Shown: one piece after another, positions 63,105 to 64,000 of the stretch
Position numbering within the stretch: position 1 is the stretch's first letter
Layout: each line of letters starts with the position of its first letter
Origin: Fimicolochytrium jonesii
Taxonomy: Eukaryota
Assembly: GCF_025526975.1 (NCBI RefSeq)
Contig: NW_026515677.1
Location: 620,001-684,000 of the forward strand
DNA length: 64,000 bases
Direction: 5' to 3'
Position numbers and translations under genes: made by a program
Notes under the pieces: generated by a model
What the model saw: only the letters and a program-made list of their open reading frames with translations
Told to the model about the DNA's origin: nothing
Databases searched by the model: none

Positions 63105-64000
63105 ATGGGCGATAGTATATTCTCTAGTAAACAAATGGGTAGCACCGGCTATTACATCGAGTCGCTGCGGGATGCGAGCAGCAACGACAAGGAAGATATG
63201 AATATGGGTACAGAACAGCAAGGCGGTAACTTATCGATTCCGGGTGGTAGGGCGCCAGGCGCATATGGACGACCACGCGCGGAAACCTTCTCGTTCTTTC
63301 CATCGAAAATGGTCTCGGACCCAGCACAGATGTCGACACCAAGCCGAACTGCGAAAAGCGCTGCGCCGATGAGCATACGAAACAGGTCGGGATCCCTATC
63401 TCTTCCGAGATCTAACATCTCAGGCGCGTTTGGACCATCTCTGTTCGCTACATCTTGGCAGCCGGCCAGTATCCTCGCCACTTTGGGAGAGCGTACATTG
63501 GTCGGGCACTCTGACTATGCTAGCAGTGCGGGCGGAGAAGACGAGACAACGGCAGTTGCGCGAACCTTAGATTACCTTGGATTGGACGACCCAGTCTTGG
63601 ATGGATCAAGGAACGGCTACGTTGGTCGTGACATCGGAAACACTGTCTCATCTTTCAACCGAGCAAGGTCCTACTCCGTGGCCGTCGGCGAGAAGATGCT
63701 TTTGCCTTCGGCTATGGCGGCGGCTTCATCCGGTTATCGGCCAAGGGCCACGTCTATCGCATTCATGGAGACGACGGTCGATAGCGATATCGAGGCCATC
63801 AGGCGCAGTCTTGCGCGTGGCGACCTGGAACTGGAGATGGAAAGCCCGGCTTCTGATCTGAATGTGGATGGGGCGCTGGTAAACAATCATCCGTCTCCTC
63901 AGATCACGTTCGCGAATGCGCTCTCTGACCATTAAATATCCCACTTTTCCTTAGTACAACATCGGACATAGCCCCCAAGATTATGCACCTTACGGCATCG
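63105..64000 (+). CDS. JSN1: 5' part of a Jsn1/Puf2-like RNA-binding protein, running off the window
   Basis: RNRSGSLSLP..AFGPSLFATSW, RTLDYLGLDD, RARSYSV and RPRATS motifs recalled from fungal Jsn1/Puf2 N-termini; intron near 63879-63954; RRM and PUF domains lie outside the window. Confidence 0.65.

Noticed and set aside
1..64000. CRISPR arrays, rRNA, operons, autonomous transposase or reverse transcriptase genes
   Set aside because: None seen; the sequence is eukaryotic, with no repeat-spacer array or DDE/RT motifs in the ORFs

Overview
Eukaryotic, intron-rich genomic DNA from a fungus, most likely an early-diverging lineage such as a chytrid. This is inferred from short GT-AG introns with CTRAC/CTAAC branch points and from genes that yeasts lack (CMTR1-type cap methyltransferase, L0R8F8-like LYR protein, CC1-box coiled-coil protein). 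About 25 protein genes were rebuilt by hand across introns: LYR microprotein, SEC14, uS15m, RPL36, DIS3, CMTR1, DHA2 MFS, PABPN1, two PPR-like genes, RPL20, WEE1/MYT1 kinase, secreted DPBB-like protein, fused TPS-TPP, TMEM184, F-box/ankyrin, AEC transporter, P450, arylamine N-acetyltransferase, oxoglutarate carrier and a JSN1-like 5' end. There is one intact tRNA-Ser(AGA) and two broken tRNA-Ser relics. Non-genic structure includes two related Tc1/mariner-type MITEs (one carrying telomeric repeats), a strong intergenic excess of TACAGTA/TACTGTA, a GCGNAGC-hairpin repeat in the first introns of three unrelated genes, a tRNA-bracketed island with telomere-like repeats and splice signals, and an accessory island at about 45-50.5 kb. 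All identifications rest on motif recognition and recall; no searches were run.
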